Part shown: positions 42,383 to 55,370 of the stretch, piece after piece | Position numbering within the stretch: the stretch's first letter is position 1 | Layout: each line of letters begins with the position of its first letter | Assembly: GCF_009914755.1 (NCBI RefSeq) | Contig: NC_060939.1 | Strand: one strand, 5' to 3' | Origin: the human T2T-CHM13v2.0 reference genome, Homo sapiens | DNA: 64,000 nt | Program-made: the position numbers and the translations under genes | The notes under the pieces: generated by a model | Seen by the model: only the letters and a program-made list of their open reading frames with translations | Told to the model about the DNA's origin: nothing | The model's database searches: none

Positions 42383-42464
42383 GCGGGAGGCTGGCTCTCC
42401 TACCCTTGCCTCTCCCTCTAGGGGCGGGAGGCTGGCTCTCCTACCCTTGCCTCTCCCTCTAGGG
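42383..42464 (+). repeat. Perfect 41-bp tandem duplication
   Basis: gcgggaggctggctctcctacccttgcctctccctctaggg x2. Confidence 0.97.
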
Positions 42465-43359
42465 GGTATGTCCTCCTGCAGGGCCTCTGGACATGGCCTG
42501 TCTCTAGCTGAGGAGCTTGGTCACCCTTGTTGGCAACTGATTCCCAAGACAGCAAAGTCAGAACCTTCCAAACACACGCTCCAGGCCTGTGACAACCCAG
42601 TTCTGCTCCAGAAGAGGATCTGCACACACAGAGAGTCCAGGGGAGGACCATGGTGGAAGGTTAGAGGCCCCACGGTGTGAGCTGGAGGGCGTGCAGACAT
42701 GGAATAAAGAGATTGTATCTGAAACAAGTAAATAAGTTGGAATGCCTTTATATTAATTTCATACAACTTTTTTTAAATGAAAGAAAAACAAAAAAAAAAC
42801 CTTTTAATTCAATAGTATGGTCCTCTCTTTTATTAAGACACATAGAATATTGAAAAACCAAACAAATTTTCTTCTTTTTAAATCTTTCTTCTCCTGAAAA
42901 CTACCAAAGTGGTATCGATTAGAATATTTCCCATGTCTTTTATCTGCTATTGAATAACAAGAATTGAAAAGCATAATTTGCTCTAAAAGAGAGGCCCAAA
43001 ATTGTCATTCATAGGTGACTAGAAAAAGAAATTCTTCTCCAAATGTTCCCATTCATGCCTGTGCTGGGTCTTAGCTGAGCCGAATTTACGTATTGATGCT
43101 CCAGTGCCTGCTGATTCCTTGAGGCATTCCAAGATTCTCCTGGGAAAATGCTGCCTCCATCTGACTGTGGACTATCTATAGATTAGTAATCACTCCATTA
43201 TTAAGCATCCAGGGGAGTTGTAATCCTTTCGGTGAGCTATCCTCTAATAAATGATGCCCTTTGCCAGAGCAGGGAGAGCAAAACTGGCAATGTCACCAAG
43301 TTTTGAACTAAATCAGCTTGGTACTTTTAAACGACAGAATAAGAAAATAACACATACAC

Positions 43360-43520
43360 TGTAGTGATGCCTAACCGAGGCTGCACATTAGAATTTCTTG
43401 AAAAGCATTAAAAATAATTGCTGGACCGCACCCCAGGCTATTAAATTGGAATCTCTAGGGACATGAGCGCTCAGTATTGATACTGTTTAAAGGCTCTTTG
43501 GGTGATTCTAGTACTTTGAA
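43360..43520. mobile_element. MER5-like hAT MITE
   Basis: ggctgcacattagaat...gcaccccag...ggaatctctaggg...ggtgattcta. Confidence 0.65.
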
Positions 43521-43820
43521 ACGAATTTAGAGAAAAAAATACTCAGCTGGCCTATCGTTTTAATTTTGAATGAAATAATAAAATTTATACTAGACAGGTT
43601 AGTGTTTAACTCTCAGCATTCTCTTACAATTAACAATGATAAATAACAATGATTGATTGCTGACTCTGTGCTAGGCACTATGCTGACTTCATATATGTAT
43701 ATACTTATAACTATTTAATCAATAAGTCTGAGTTAAATGTTAGGGTAGTCCCATTTTCCAAACGAGCACACTGCCGCCATGAAAGGTTAGGCAGAATGCC
43801 CAATGTCACCTAAAAAGTAA

Positions 43821-44180
<360 letters not shown>

Positions 44181-44706
44181 ACACACGGATTTGTAAATTT
44201 TTATTTTGAGGAAATTGCAGATTCACTTGCAGCTGTAAGAAATAATACAGAGAGATTTCATGTGCCCTTTATCCAGTTTCTCTCACTGATAACATCTTGC
44301 ATAATTATAGTAAAAAAATCATAACCAGGAAATTTATACAACAAGTTGACACCAATGAAACCCAGCAAACCATGCTGATATTTCAGCAGAGGTTGTCTGT
44401 GAGTTTGGTGCAATATTATCCATGTATAGTCACATACATGTGACCCCAATACAGATACAGAGCAGGTGCATCACATGAATCCTTTATGCTACCCTCTGTA
44501 GCGATAATCGCCTTCTCTTTTTCCCTGTGCCTTACACCCTGACAACCACAAGCACTAATCTCATCTCCATCTTTCTAATTTTTCACTGTAAAAGTGTCAC
44601 ACAAACAGAATCATGTGGTACGTAATATCTTGGGACTGGCTGTTTTCACTCCATGCATTTCCGTTGTGATACGTCCAATTCTTTGCACATATCAGTGATG
44701 TTTCAC

Positions 44707-45139
44707 ATTGGGCAGGTCTATGAAACCTTGCCCGAAAACCTGAGGAAGCTGAAAGGCCAAAGAAAGAGGCTGACACTTCCAGTTTCTTAAAAAGAAACAT
44801 TTAACAGGGACTCGGGAACAGAAGCCACGTCTATGACTCTGGCAGTGGCAAGACAAGATAGTGCATCCTAACCCCTGCGTCAAACACCCCAGAACCAGGA
44901 ATCATGTACATGAGGAAGCGTTTTACATGATTCAGAAGGCATGTGCAGGACAGTTGAGGTAGGGTAACATCAAGATTATTTGACATAAGGGTAGGATTTA
45001 TAGGATTTACAGTAAGTACCCGCTGTTACACAAGGAGCAATAGATAAACTGGAAACTTAGAGGACTTCCTGGAACAAGGATTAATCCGAAGTCAACATGG
45101 CAGATTAGAATCCAAGATGGAGTTGCTCTGGACCTCACA
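44707..45139 (-). mobile_element. ERV solo LTR (LTR47-like; family uncertain)
   Basis: gaggaagctgaaaggccaaagaaagaggctgaca...ccaagatggagttgct. Confidence 0.6.
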
Positions 45140-45144
45140 AATGG

Positions 45145-45511
45145 TGTTACATTTTCAATGTTTGATTTCTCTCAAACTCATGTTGAAATCAAATTACCAT
45201 TGTAGCAGTATTAAGAGGTGGGGTCTTTAAGAGGTGTTTAGGTCAAGAGTGCTCCGCTCTCATAAATAGATTAATGTCATTATCTCGGGAGTGGGTTTAT
45301 CCCCTCCTTCTCTCTCTCTTAGCCTCTCTTCACCTTTCTGCCATATCATGCCCTCTGCCATGTTACAACTTCGCAAGAAGGCCCTTGCAAGATCCCAGCA
45401 GCTTGATCTTGGACTTCCCAGACTCCAGAACTCTGAGAAATAAATTTCTGTTTATTATAAGTTGCCGAGTCTGTGGTGTTCTGTTATAGCGGCACAGCAT
45501 GAACAAAGACA
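45145..45511 (+). mobile_element. MST-family MaLR solo LTR
   Basis: aaactcatgttgaaat; cttggacttcccagactccagaac; TSD aatgg/agtgg. Confidence 0.85.
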
Positions 45512-48500
45512 AGTGGTTTGCTCCTTTTTATTCCTCAGTAGTATTCCATGATATGGATGTGCCAGAGTTTGCTCATTCACCATCAAAAAGGATTGCATTG
45601 CTTCCAGGTTTGGGCTATTATAAATAAAGCTGCTATGAACATTCACATACAGGCTTTTGTATGACATAACTTTTAACTACCTGGGATTAACACCCAAAAT
45701 GCAACTGCTGAGTTGTATGGCAATCACATGTTTAGTTTTGTAAGAAACTACCAAACTTTTTCCAGAATGACTGTACCATTTTACATTTCCACTAGCAATG
45801 TGTGAGTGATTAAGTTTCTCTGCATTCAGTCCAGCATTTGATGTTATCATTATTTTGCTGTTTTAGCCATTCTGACAAGTATGTAGTATTAACTTACTGT
45901 GGTTTGAATTTGCATTCTCTAATGGCTAATGTTGTTAAATGTATTTTCATGAGTTTATTTGCCATCTGTATATCCCCTTCAATGAATTGTCTGTTCATAT
46001 CTTTTGTGCATTTCTAATCGGAGGTTTTTTATAGTTGAGTTTGAGACTATATGTTATTTGAAAATATTTTCTCCCAGTCTGTAGCTTGTCTTTTTATCCT
46101 TTTCACAGAGCAGAAATTTTTAGTTTTGATGAGTCAAATTTATCAACAAATCAGAATTTTTTCACAGAGGAAAAACTTTTTGTTTTCATGAGTCAAATTT
46201 ATCAGCATTTCTTTTTATGGAATATTTTTTGGTGTTAATCCTAGGCACAAACCTTAAGGTGTGATTTTGTTCAGACTACTCAAATTCTCTAGACCTCATG
46301 TATTTTATCCTTACAGTTTGGGTAATATGAGGTAGGCTACAGGGTAAAAGTGAGGTTAAATGAAATAAATAATATACATAAAGTGTATGGTATGGTTCTT
46401 GGCATATTAAATGTGGGGTAAATCATAGCTGTTTTTCTGAGACAGAACTGCCAAAAATATTTTCCTCACCCTATTCATTTTATATTTTTATTCATTCTAT
46501 TTGTAGCATGATTTTCAATTTACAAAGCTCTTTTATTAATTTAGTAGAGCTTCAGAACAACTTTTAAGTAAATTTTTATTTTATATAGATGAGACCCTCA
46601 ACACACAGGGAGCTAAAATGATTTGTCCACGTTCACTCAAACAGTAGGTCATGGATGCGTGGCACACACCCAGTGCCTCTGACCCAAAGCTGGCATTATT
46701 ATTGTTACACACATTCTATGTTTTAACTTGCCTTTTAATTGAATAATTAACCACATTTTAACAGAGTCATTTTCTCAGTAAAGAATAGTCTCAAGTCCAA
46801 AGGATAGGTAATGGAATATAATCAATCTCTCTGACTCTTTTCCTCCATCACCAATAAATACTATGATACTATCAAACCCTGCGTTTAACAACTGACATCT
46901 TTCAACTCTGGGAGAGATTGCCTGATTCATTTTTTAATATATTTTTTTTAATATCAAGGAAATATTCTATTTACCTGAATAATTTGTGTGGCTTCATTTG
47001 AATATTTTCCCATGGATCAAATTACTGTGCCTAGAAGTATATCTACAATACACATACTGTGAATCGACAATGAGAAACTTATTGTTAGAATTGGGGGATA
47101 TGCAGCCACCAGAAGGAAACAAATAATGTACCTGAAGAAGATGAGGACATAAATTAACTAATTAATTGATTCATTAAATTAACTTAAATATTTCTATTAC
47201 AGTCCACCCCTTGACTTCCCAGTAGACAAGTGTCCTTCTTCTCATATATATGATTTTATTAGAATGTTATAGATTTCTTTAGTATGACTTCAACATTATA
47301 TTCAAGAGTATTTATCCTTCAAGTATTGGATTTTTAAAAATTATCATGTATTACCATGAATGTATTTCTTTCCAGCCCTTCCAAATAGGAATAAGCTAAT
47401 TAATTTATCCAGAGATAATGTCATAGGTCCACTCTTTCCTCTTCAATGTATTTCTGTTCCTTGTAGAGTTGAGAACTACATGTAGCCCCTTATACATCTG
47501 AAATATATTATCTAAATTTTAAATTCAGTAAGCCTAAAACATTTGAATAATGGTAGGTGAAAGGCAGAAAAAGCCTCAGTAAAATCCCCATTTGAAAAAG
47601 AGAAAAGTAGAAAGATCAAATGGTGTTCAGTGTCCCATTGTGTGTCATTTTCTTCTAATCAGGCATGTAAAGAGAAATGATAGGCTCAAAAAAGCATTCG
47701 GGTGTCCATTAGTTTATTCACTTTTTTAAATTTTGAAGTGAATTCACTCCTCAGCCACTCTGGATTACCCATACTTTGCCCCATGTGATATTTTTATATC
47801 TGATTCAATACCTTTCATAGATAGGCAACAAAAAGAAAATGAAAAAAATCCTCTAACAATAAGTATACACTTTTAACTTCGCATTTACAGTTAATGTGAG
47901 GCCATGTGTCTAGTATAGATTTGAAGGACCCTTTCAGAGTGGTATTCCCAGACAGCCAGCATTTGAATCCATGACATTTAAAAATTATTTAAAAACTAGA
48001 TTACTGGGCTTTAACACTGACCTACTAAATCTCTAAGTATGGAGCTTAGCAACTGATCTTTTAACACAATTCCTGGTCAATTCTTATACACAGTAACATC
48101 TGAGTACTACTACTAAAGGGTTATTCAATCAAAGCCCTTCTTCTGATTAAACCTTAGTCATCTGTGTATCAATCTGAATATGGTATCTTTCTAAGCTTGC
48201 CAATAATCAACACTTTATATAAAAATGTATGTAAAATAAACATAAATATATACACGTTTGTATAGGTTTATAATATTTATATATAATTACAAATATATTT
48301 AAAAATAAATATACTTATATACATATATATTTGTATATATACTCTAGCCATGGCCTTTGAATCTGGACTTTGCATTTACATTTCAGTTTCTTAGTCCAAG
48401 ACTTAAGGACTCTGCTTTGGAGTACAAATGAGAAACTATATTTTAGGTTAGCCAGAAGAGAGCTGATGCCAGTCCTCTGGAATCTTTGTCAGAGAGGGGT

Positions 48501-49289
48501 TTAGCAGGAATAGGCATTTCTACGGGACATGATTGTCTGTGATTCTGATGATTCTTCTGGGATATCCCCATTCAAAATTAAAGGTTTCAGGTTTCCAAAT
48601 TAGTGCTCTAATATTAGGGTAAGGCAAAAATGTGTTGCTCTATAAAGACCATGAATTACACACAGAAAGTGCTTCACTTCATAGACATCTTATGTAAGAT
48701 TTTTTTAAAAAGTCAAATACTTGCAAGTAAGGCAAACAGAAAGGATGGAGTAATCTTCATTATTAAGTTATGGCATTCTGCAAGTTTTCCTAAGGATCAT
48801 TTGACTACTTACTATTGCTTAGGGCCCAAACACTTTACAAACTTCAAGATTGATGTTAGTTTGTAGAAAACTGACGAATTTAAAAACTGTAAAAATTTCG
48901 ATTACCAGCTGCAAGCAGTTCTCACTTTTTACATATTACCATTCCCCCACCAGAGAAGGATGACCTCTCTCTCAAAGTACCAGTTTAAAAAAAAAACTCC
49001 CAGGGAACCCTATATGTGGCCTATGTAAAGATTCCACCCCTGTCTAAATCCCATATAGCAAAGTTCACGGAGTCTCACATGCTCCTACAGTAACTTTCTG
49101 ATTAGAATGTGGGGACCAGCCATTCACAAGGAAGCCAGGGGCAGGGCAGAAAAAACCAAGAGTTATACACTGCAGGAGGTTTCACTGAGAACAGGATAAT
49201 ATAGGGTCTGGGATATGAAGGGAAGATTAAAGGCATGGTGGGCATTTAGCCATGGGAGTTAATCTGCATAAAAGAAACATCCGCTCTGC

Positions 49290-49490
49290 AGTGAGTCGTT
49301 TGGGGCTCCAGCCTCAGCTTTAACACAGCTGGGGGACCTTGAGGCCATTTCCTTTCTGAACCTCAATTCTCTCATCTGAAAGTGTCAATAATGATGTCTC
49401 TCTGGTGATGCTCTTGACAAGATTCATGAGACGATGTGGGTAACACATCAAGGATGTACCTTGCACAGCTCACATCCACTAAATAGAAGT
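49290..49490 (+). mobile_element. MIR
   Basis: tctgaacctcaattctctcatctgaaa. Confidence 0.65.
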
Positions 49491-49639
49491 AGTTACTTCA
49501 TCTGGGAAAGAAAAAGCACTGGGAGGGAGACATGAGGACTGTCTTCCCATTTTTAAAAGCCTGTCATATGCACACAGGTTTCAACTTTTCTGTGTACTCT
49601 GGAGCATAGAGCTGCTGTCAAGAAGTTATGAGGCAGTGA

Positions 49640-49980
49640 GTTTTACTTCAATAAAAGAAAAATACTGGATTGAAAGCATAAATGGACCAGGGAGGACTGG
49701 GTACATTTTCTCGAAGAAGTTTCAAGCAAATCTTGGCTTTTTCCTTCCAGGGTGTGATGTGAGTGATTTGAGGTCAGCTTAGAAGGCATCATCACTGCCT
49801 TCCACCTCTGGGAGTCTGGGTTGCCATCAGCAGAGACTGAAGGGCATTCCAGACCAAAAGCCAGAACTGCAGCCTCAAAATCCAGGTGATGTGGCACATC
49901 CACTTGCATCCTAGTCCACGTGCAGCTGGCCAGGGGAAGTCTAATAACTGCAACTCCATTGCACAATGCTGTTTTAAGTA
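49640..49980 (-). mobile_element. Old MLT1 (J/K-like) LTR fragment
   Basis: gggcattccagaccaaaagccagaactgcagcc; agctggccaggggaagtct. Confidence 0.45.
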
Positions 49981-51304
49981 TCAAAATATTATTTTAATTT
50001 ATATATCAGTTGTGTCCAGAGACTTATATTCTACCTTACCGTTTCAAAAGAAACAAAGGTCTATCGTTCAGAAACAATTATTCAGTATCCTTCCCTGACC
50101 GAGATTATTTATCATTCCAAAGCATCATACTTTTGGTTTAAATTCCCATTTCCCAGGTCATTAATAAGATTAAGTATCTTTTGTAATGTTTATTAATGAG
50201 AAGTGTTTCCCAGAGAAACACTAGTATTACTCTATCTACTTTTTGTGGGGTGAGCAATAGAAGTGTTAAATGAAAGAGGAGCAGAGTGTGGATGTGGTGG
50301 GATCTAGGGTCAGAGACCAACAAAGTGATCAGACAGGCTCCCTGACACCATTTTCAGCTCTTCCAGTACAGCCTAATCCCGTCTTCTTTCTCAACACTCT
50401 CCTCCAGCACCATATCTATCCTTATGCAGTCACTCCTAGGAAAACTTTAATTTTACCTCCAGGCTTCTTCATTTATCCTTCTTGGGAGGAGAATTCCAAT
50501 AGGAAGCACAGGGGAACCTTGGCCCTGGACTTTGACTCTCTATCAGGTGGGAGTATACAACACAATAATGACCCCACCACGCTTTCAATAATATATCACT
50601 GTCAATACTAGTATTCCAGCATGGTATTCCAGCATGGTACCTTAGTACTCCATAGCATTAACATGGTCATTTTCTCCTTATTTGTAATCACTACCAGCTG
50701 AGTCATTAACCACATCTAGTTTCCATGTCGATATGGGAAGAAGAAACAATTGATATTATATATTTTTCAAATGAACGAAATGTACAGTATTTCTAAGACT
50801 ATTCTGTTCCAAATGAATTTATTCTTTCTAAATGTTCATCTAGTTATTCCAGCTCACTGGTCACTGATCAGGTGTCCAGGGAGCTAGGTATTCGTGCATT
50901 GGTTCTATGTGTTAGGTGTTCAAAGCAATTGATGCAACACCTTTTCTAGATCAACTCAGTCTCGAGAATTGTGACTAGATTGTCTTCTAGCCTTACACCA
51001 TGTAGAACTGCCACTTAGTGATCTTGTTATTAAGATCAAAAAGCCCAACTAAACAGATTGTTGTATACTTTAAACTACTCAGAAGACCTCTAATGACATC
51101 AGTATAATAAAGCCATATTTTTCAGGGTTCCATTTGACACAGGCTTGCTTAAATACGTTTTGACGGAATGCAAAACAAGAACAAGGCGTTATTGTCCTCA
51201 AACTGTTTTGCACGCTGACTGTGTTAGTAGTCATGAAAGTCTACACAGGTAATAAAATTATATTGAACTAAATACACCTCCCCCCCCACACACACACACA
51301 AATG

Positions 51305-51495
51305 AGGGTATATAAAACTGGAGAAATGTTTTAGGTGAATTATAACAATGTTGATTTTCTGGTTAAGATACCATACTGTAGTTATGCAAACATTACCATT
51401 GTGGGAGGCTTGGTGAAGGGTACATGGAATCCCTCTGCATCATTTCTTACAACTGCATGTGAATCTGCAATCGTCTCAAAATATAACATTAAAAA
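51305..51495 (+). mobile_element. L1MC 3' end
   Basis: ggtgaagggtacatggaatccctctg...tgcatgtgaatct. Confidence 0.75.
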
Positions 51496-53784
51496 TGCGT
51501 AAAGAAATGAACAGTAGCTGCGTGTACACCAGTATGTGCTTCATAAACAGACTGAAGATACCTGGAACTGTCACTTACCTGTTTGGCGCCTGTGAGCCAA
51601 ACTTACCCCCTCATAGCACGTTAGCATGTTATGTTCCCTCTGCCTAAGAACACTCTTCCCTGGGGTCTCTTGCTTCCAGTTTAAAGTGTCTCCATGAGTC
51701 TTCCTCCCACAGGAGCTTCTCCAGGTGTAGCGGGATGAAATGGAGGCTCATCTGGTGTTACAATCTCAGCTCAGCCTGGCATAAGCCTGGACACAAAATG
51801 GCACACTTCTGCATTATATGCTTAATGCACAGTCATGATTTCAAAGCCCACCCCATTGGCTTGGATAGGAAAGGACTCCGGTCTCGGCTCCATTCTGTTT
51901 CTAACAGCTACATCTCCAAAACCAGTTCAGTCTTGGGACTGAGCTTTGGTTATCTATCTTAAACTTCCTCCTGGGAGGTGGCTGGGCCCAGTCACATTTC
52001 CCATAGGGTTTCACTATCATTGGAGATGTTCTATCATGTTATTTTCAAAAGGGCAGGGTGCCTGAATATTTATTTTTCTCTTCCAGAAGATTACTTGGTC
52101 CCTGTACACACTTGCCTCTCCTCCCCAGTTGTCTTCAAGAGGTGGGATACACAGCATTTTTAAGACAACGACATACTCTGTCATTGAAACCACCTTCGGG
52201 AGTGGCAGCATGGTTTATCTTAGAAATAGAAGGCCTCAGACAACCAAGGGTTTTTTTTTTTTTCTCAAAGTATCTATAACATGGGAGTGCCCGGAACAGC
52301 TAGCAGGCTCCTAGCTGAAGAACAAGTGGAAGTTCCAACACCAACTCGGATCTCCAACAGCTCTTTTAAACCTGAACAAAGAGAAACTTCGTGTTCCTCT
52401 CCAAGGTGGCAAGCAAAAACACTGCTATTTACCCAGATGCAATTATTCTGTATTACCCTGGCCCCAGACCACTTGAACTATTTGCCCAAGCCAATCTATT
52501 AATAGGGCCTTCCTGGGAAGACCACTTGCTTTGCTTGCTCCTAACCTCCTTCAAATTTTCCAAGGGTAGATACTTCCAGAAAGGCTCTGGGAATCTTCAC
52601 AACTTGAACTTTGGACCAATTTGTCCCCATTCTGAGAGAGGTACATATTTGTTCCTCTCCTTGTCTCTTGCTCCTTTCCCAGGAGCAATTTCTTTCTCAG
52701 GTGAGTTTTACTGGGGACAACCATTCCCTTCAGAGAAAACAAAAAACAAAACAAAACAAAAACACAGAATTTCCTAATGCCTAGGATAGGTAGGTAAGCC
52801 ATGGTGTTATTACATTTGCTGAATTAAGAGTTAATGTAATTCCCACAGGTAGATAAAAGCCATTAGGTAGAGAGGACATTAGGAGCAAAGTTCCAGACAA
52901 GGAGTATTGCATGGGCCACAGGCATCTAATGTGTGCACAGAACTAAAAGGAGACAAATGTCCAAAAGGTAGCTTGGGGCAGAGACGGAAGACCTTCAATG
53001 CCAAGACAAGGAGCTGGGACCTTATTGGTAAGCTTTCCTGGGAAGGATGCGAAAGAAATATGTCAAATTGTGGAAAGCCCATTGCTTTAACTGCTGTAGT
53101 GACACTCTCAGGGCCCAGCTGTTAGAACTGATACTCACCTCTTAATTAGTGGAGATAAATGCGCTTCAATCATGTCTGCTTTTCTCGATTCAGATATGCT
53201 TGAGCCTGTCGGAAAAGTGAAAGTGGCCTTGAGGAGAAACTTAGACCAAGGACAGAATGATAAATAGGGAAAACGCACACTCTAAGCTTAGAAATATGAT
53301 TTAACAAAAAATTCTGTCAAGCGCACTGAAAACCATGTGGTAAAGGGAGATTGTCAGTAAAAAGGATTCAAATGACAGTAGATCGTTTTCTAGAGCTGCT
53401 GCCTGGGGATAGGGAAGAACTGCTTTTGTTGGCAAACGAGAGCTTTGTCCATATGGGGCCCCAGCTCCGGGCGTCTCCTAGGCAGCTCGTAAAATGTTCT
53501 TATCTTTATAAATGGATCTTCATCAAATATCCGATTAAATGTAATTTTCCTTAAAATTTCTTAGAAAACCTCTCACATGAATAAGCTTACAAAATAGGGG
53601 TGGGGGAACCCTACTTTGTCAGTTCACGTGTGCTAAAGGTGGGCTGGCAGTCCCAGGCCCCATGCTGATGTCTCAGAGGGGCTCAGTGTGGTCGAGATGG
53701 TAAATAAGATGACACAGGTGAGCAAACTTTGTCAGTGGAACCCTCTGTAGAAAAACAAGATTATAATAAAATCATATATTTGTT

Positions 53785-54235
53785 TATTCAGTCAAGAAAC
53801 ATATTCAGTGCCTCTCATGTGGTATGCACTGGGACAGACAAACAGGACAAACCCTGTCCCTGCACAGGTGGAGCTTACAGCCTAGGAAGGGAGGGACCAG
53901 AGGTACACCCAAAGGAACAGTCACAGGTCAAAAGGGTAAGTGCTAAGGACAGGAGGCAGGTCCCAAAGGATCACATGGTGGCACCTAGGCCAGGGGAGGT
54001 TTTCCAAGGGAAGTAGCACATGACACTTAGAACTGAGATTACTCTGTTTAGCAGCATCATCCGCAGAGGGAAGGGTGAGTCCAAAGGCCTGAGGGGAGTA
54101 AGTGCTCAGAAAAACTGGAGGAACTTTGAGGAGCCCAGCAAACAAGCATGGGCATAGCAAGAAAGCATGATGGAGGGTGAGCAGGGCCAGATTAGGTGGG
54201 CACTGAAGAGTCACGGTTGGGAAATTTGGACTTGA
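53785..54235 (-). mobile_element. L2 fragment
   Basis: tttattcagtcaagaaacatattcagtgcct...ggagcttacagcctag. Confidence 0.65.
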
Positions 54236-54242
54236 AAAGAGC

Positions 54243-54560
<318 letters not shown>

Positions 54561-55149
54561 TCAACATAAGCTTTCTGGCAGGAGATCTTGTATATTACAC
54601 TGATCTCCAATCCTTGCTGTATACTGAATAAATTATCAAGAATTTATGTGTTTCTTGTGAGTTTATATTTCTTAACTATTTTAGTCCTTAGAATTCACAA
54701 ATGGATTTCCTATTGTCTAGGTAGGAGACTCGAAACCCAGTTCCATGAGTATCTGAATCTGTAGTAGGTCCCCAAAAGCACTGAACTGTGGTTTCTTTAA
54801 CTCTTCTTTTAAGATGTAAAGTGTGCACCCATAGGATTCTTAGTATTTGGCTTCTCTTTGTATTCCTTACGTAGGATGTTTGCTTCACTTACAGTGTCTA
54901 AAATGTTATTTTATTAAATCATGTATTCATTTGTGAAAGCTGATTCGATCGCCAAAGCTGTATAGGATTAGACAGTGTACAATATAACAAATTGGGTGTT
55001 TACACTAAAATTTCATAGCACATATTTATTTTTATTTTTAGGTTTTTAGTAAAATTATAGATTGCTAATATTATGCCACTTATCTTTTTCCCCATTGGAA
55101 CTCACTGGGAGTCCCTGAGATCATGGAACCTTGGAACTTGACTGCCCTG

Positions 55150-55370
55150 AGACCTGAGAGGTGACATGGTGTAGGGCTTCTACCTCAGGCATACAGGTTT
55201 GAATGTTGTCTTCACTGTGTGATGCTGGGCAAGATGCATACCCTCTCTGTGCCTCAATGCCCTCATGAAGATGACAGTAGTTGCTACTTCACAGGTTATT
55301 GTAAGAATTATGTGAGACCATCATGCAACGTCTTTCAAACAAAGCCTGGCAGGGAGGTGGTTAATTATTA
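55150..55370 (+). mobile_element. MIR
   Basis: tgtgtgatgctgggcaag...ctctctgtgcctca. Confidence 0.7.

Larger units (their letters stand above)
44190..46250 (-). mobile_element. L1MB/MC 3' region, interrupted by two adjacent LTRs
   Basis: agattcacttgcagctgtaagaaataatacagaga; ataaagctgctatgaacattc; ttttagccattctg. Confidence 0.75.

Noticed and set aside
47200-48900. Possible MaLR internal-sequence remnants; also ancient LTR-like pieces near 26850-27200 and 32030-32390
   Set aside because: Too diverged to assign by eye.
50611-50639. 13-bp tandem duplication gtattccagcatg
   Set aside because: Ordinary slippage-scale event with no further signal.
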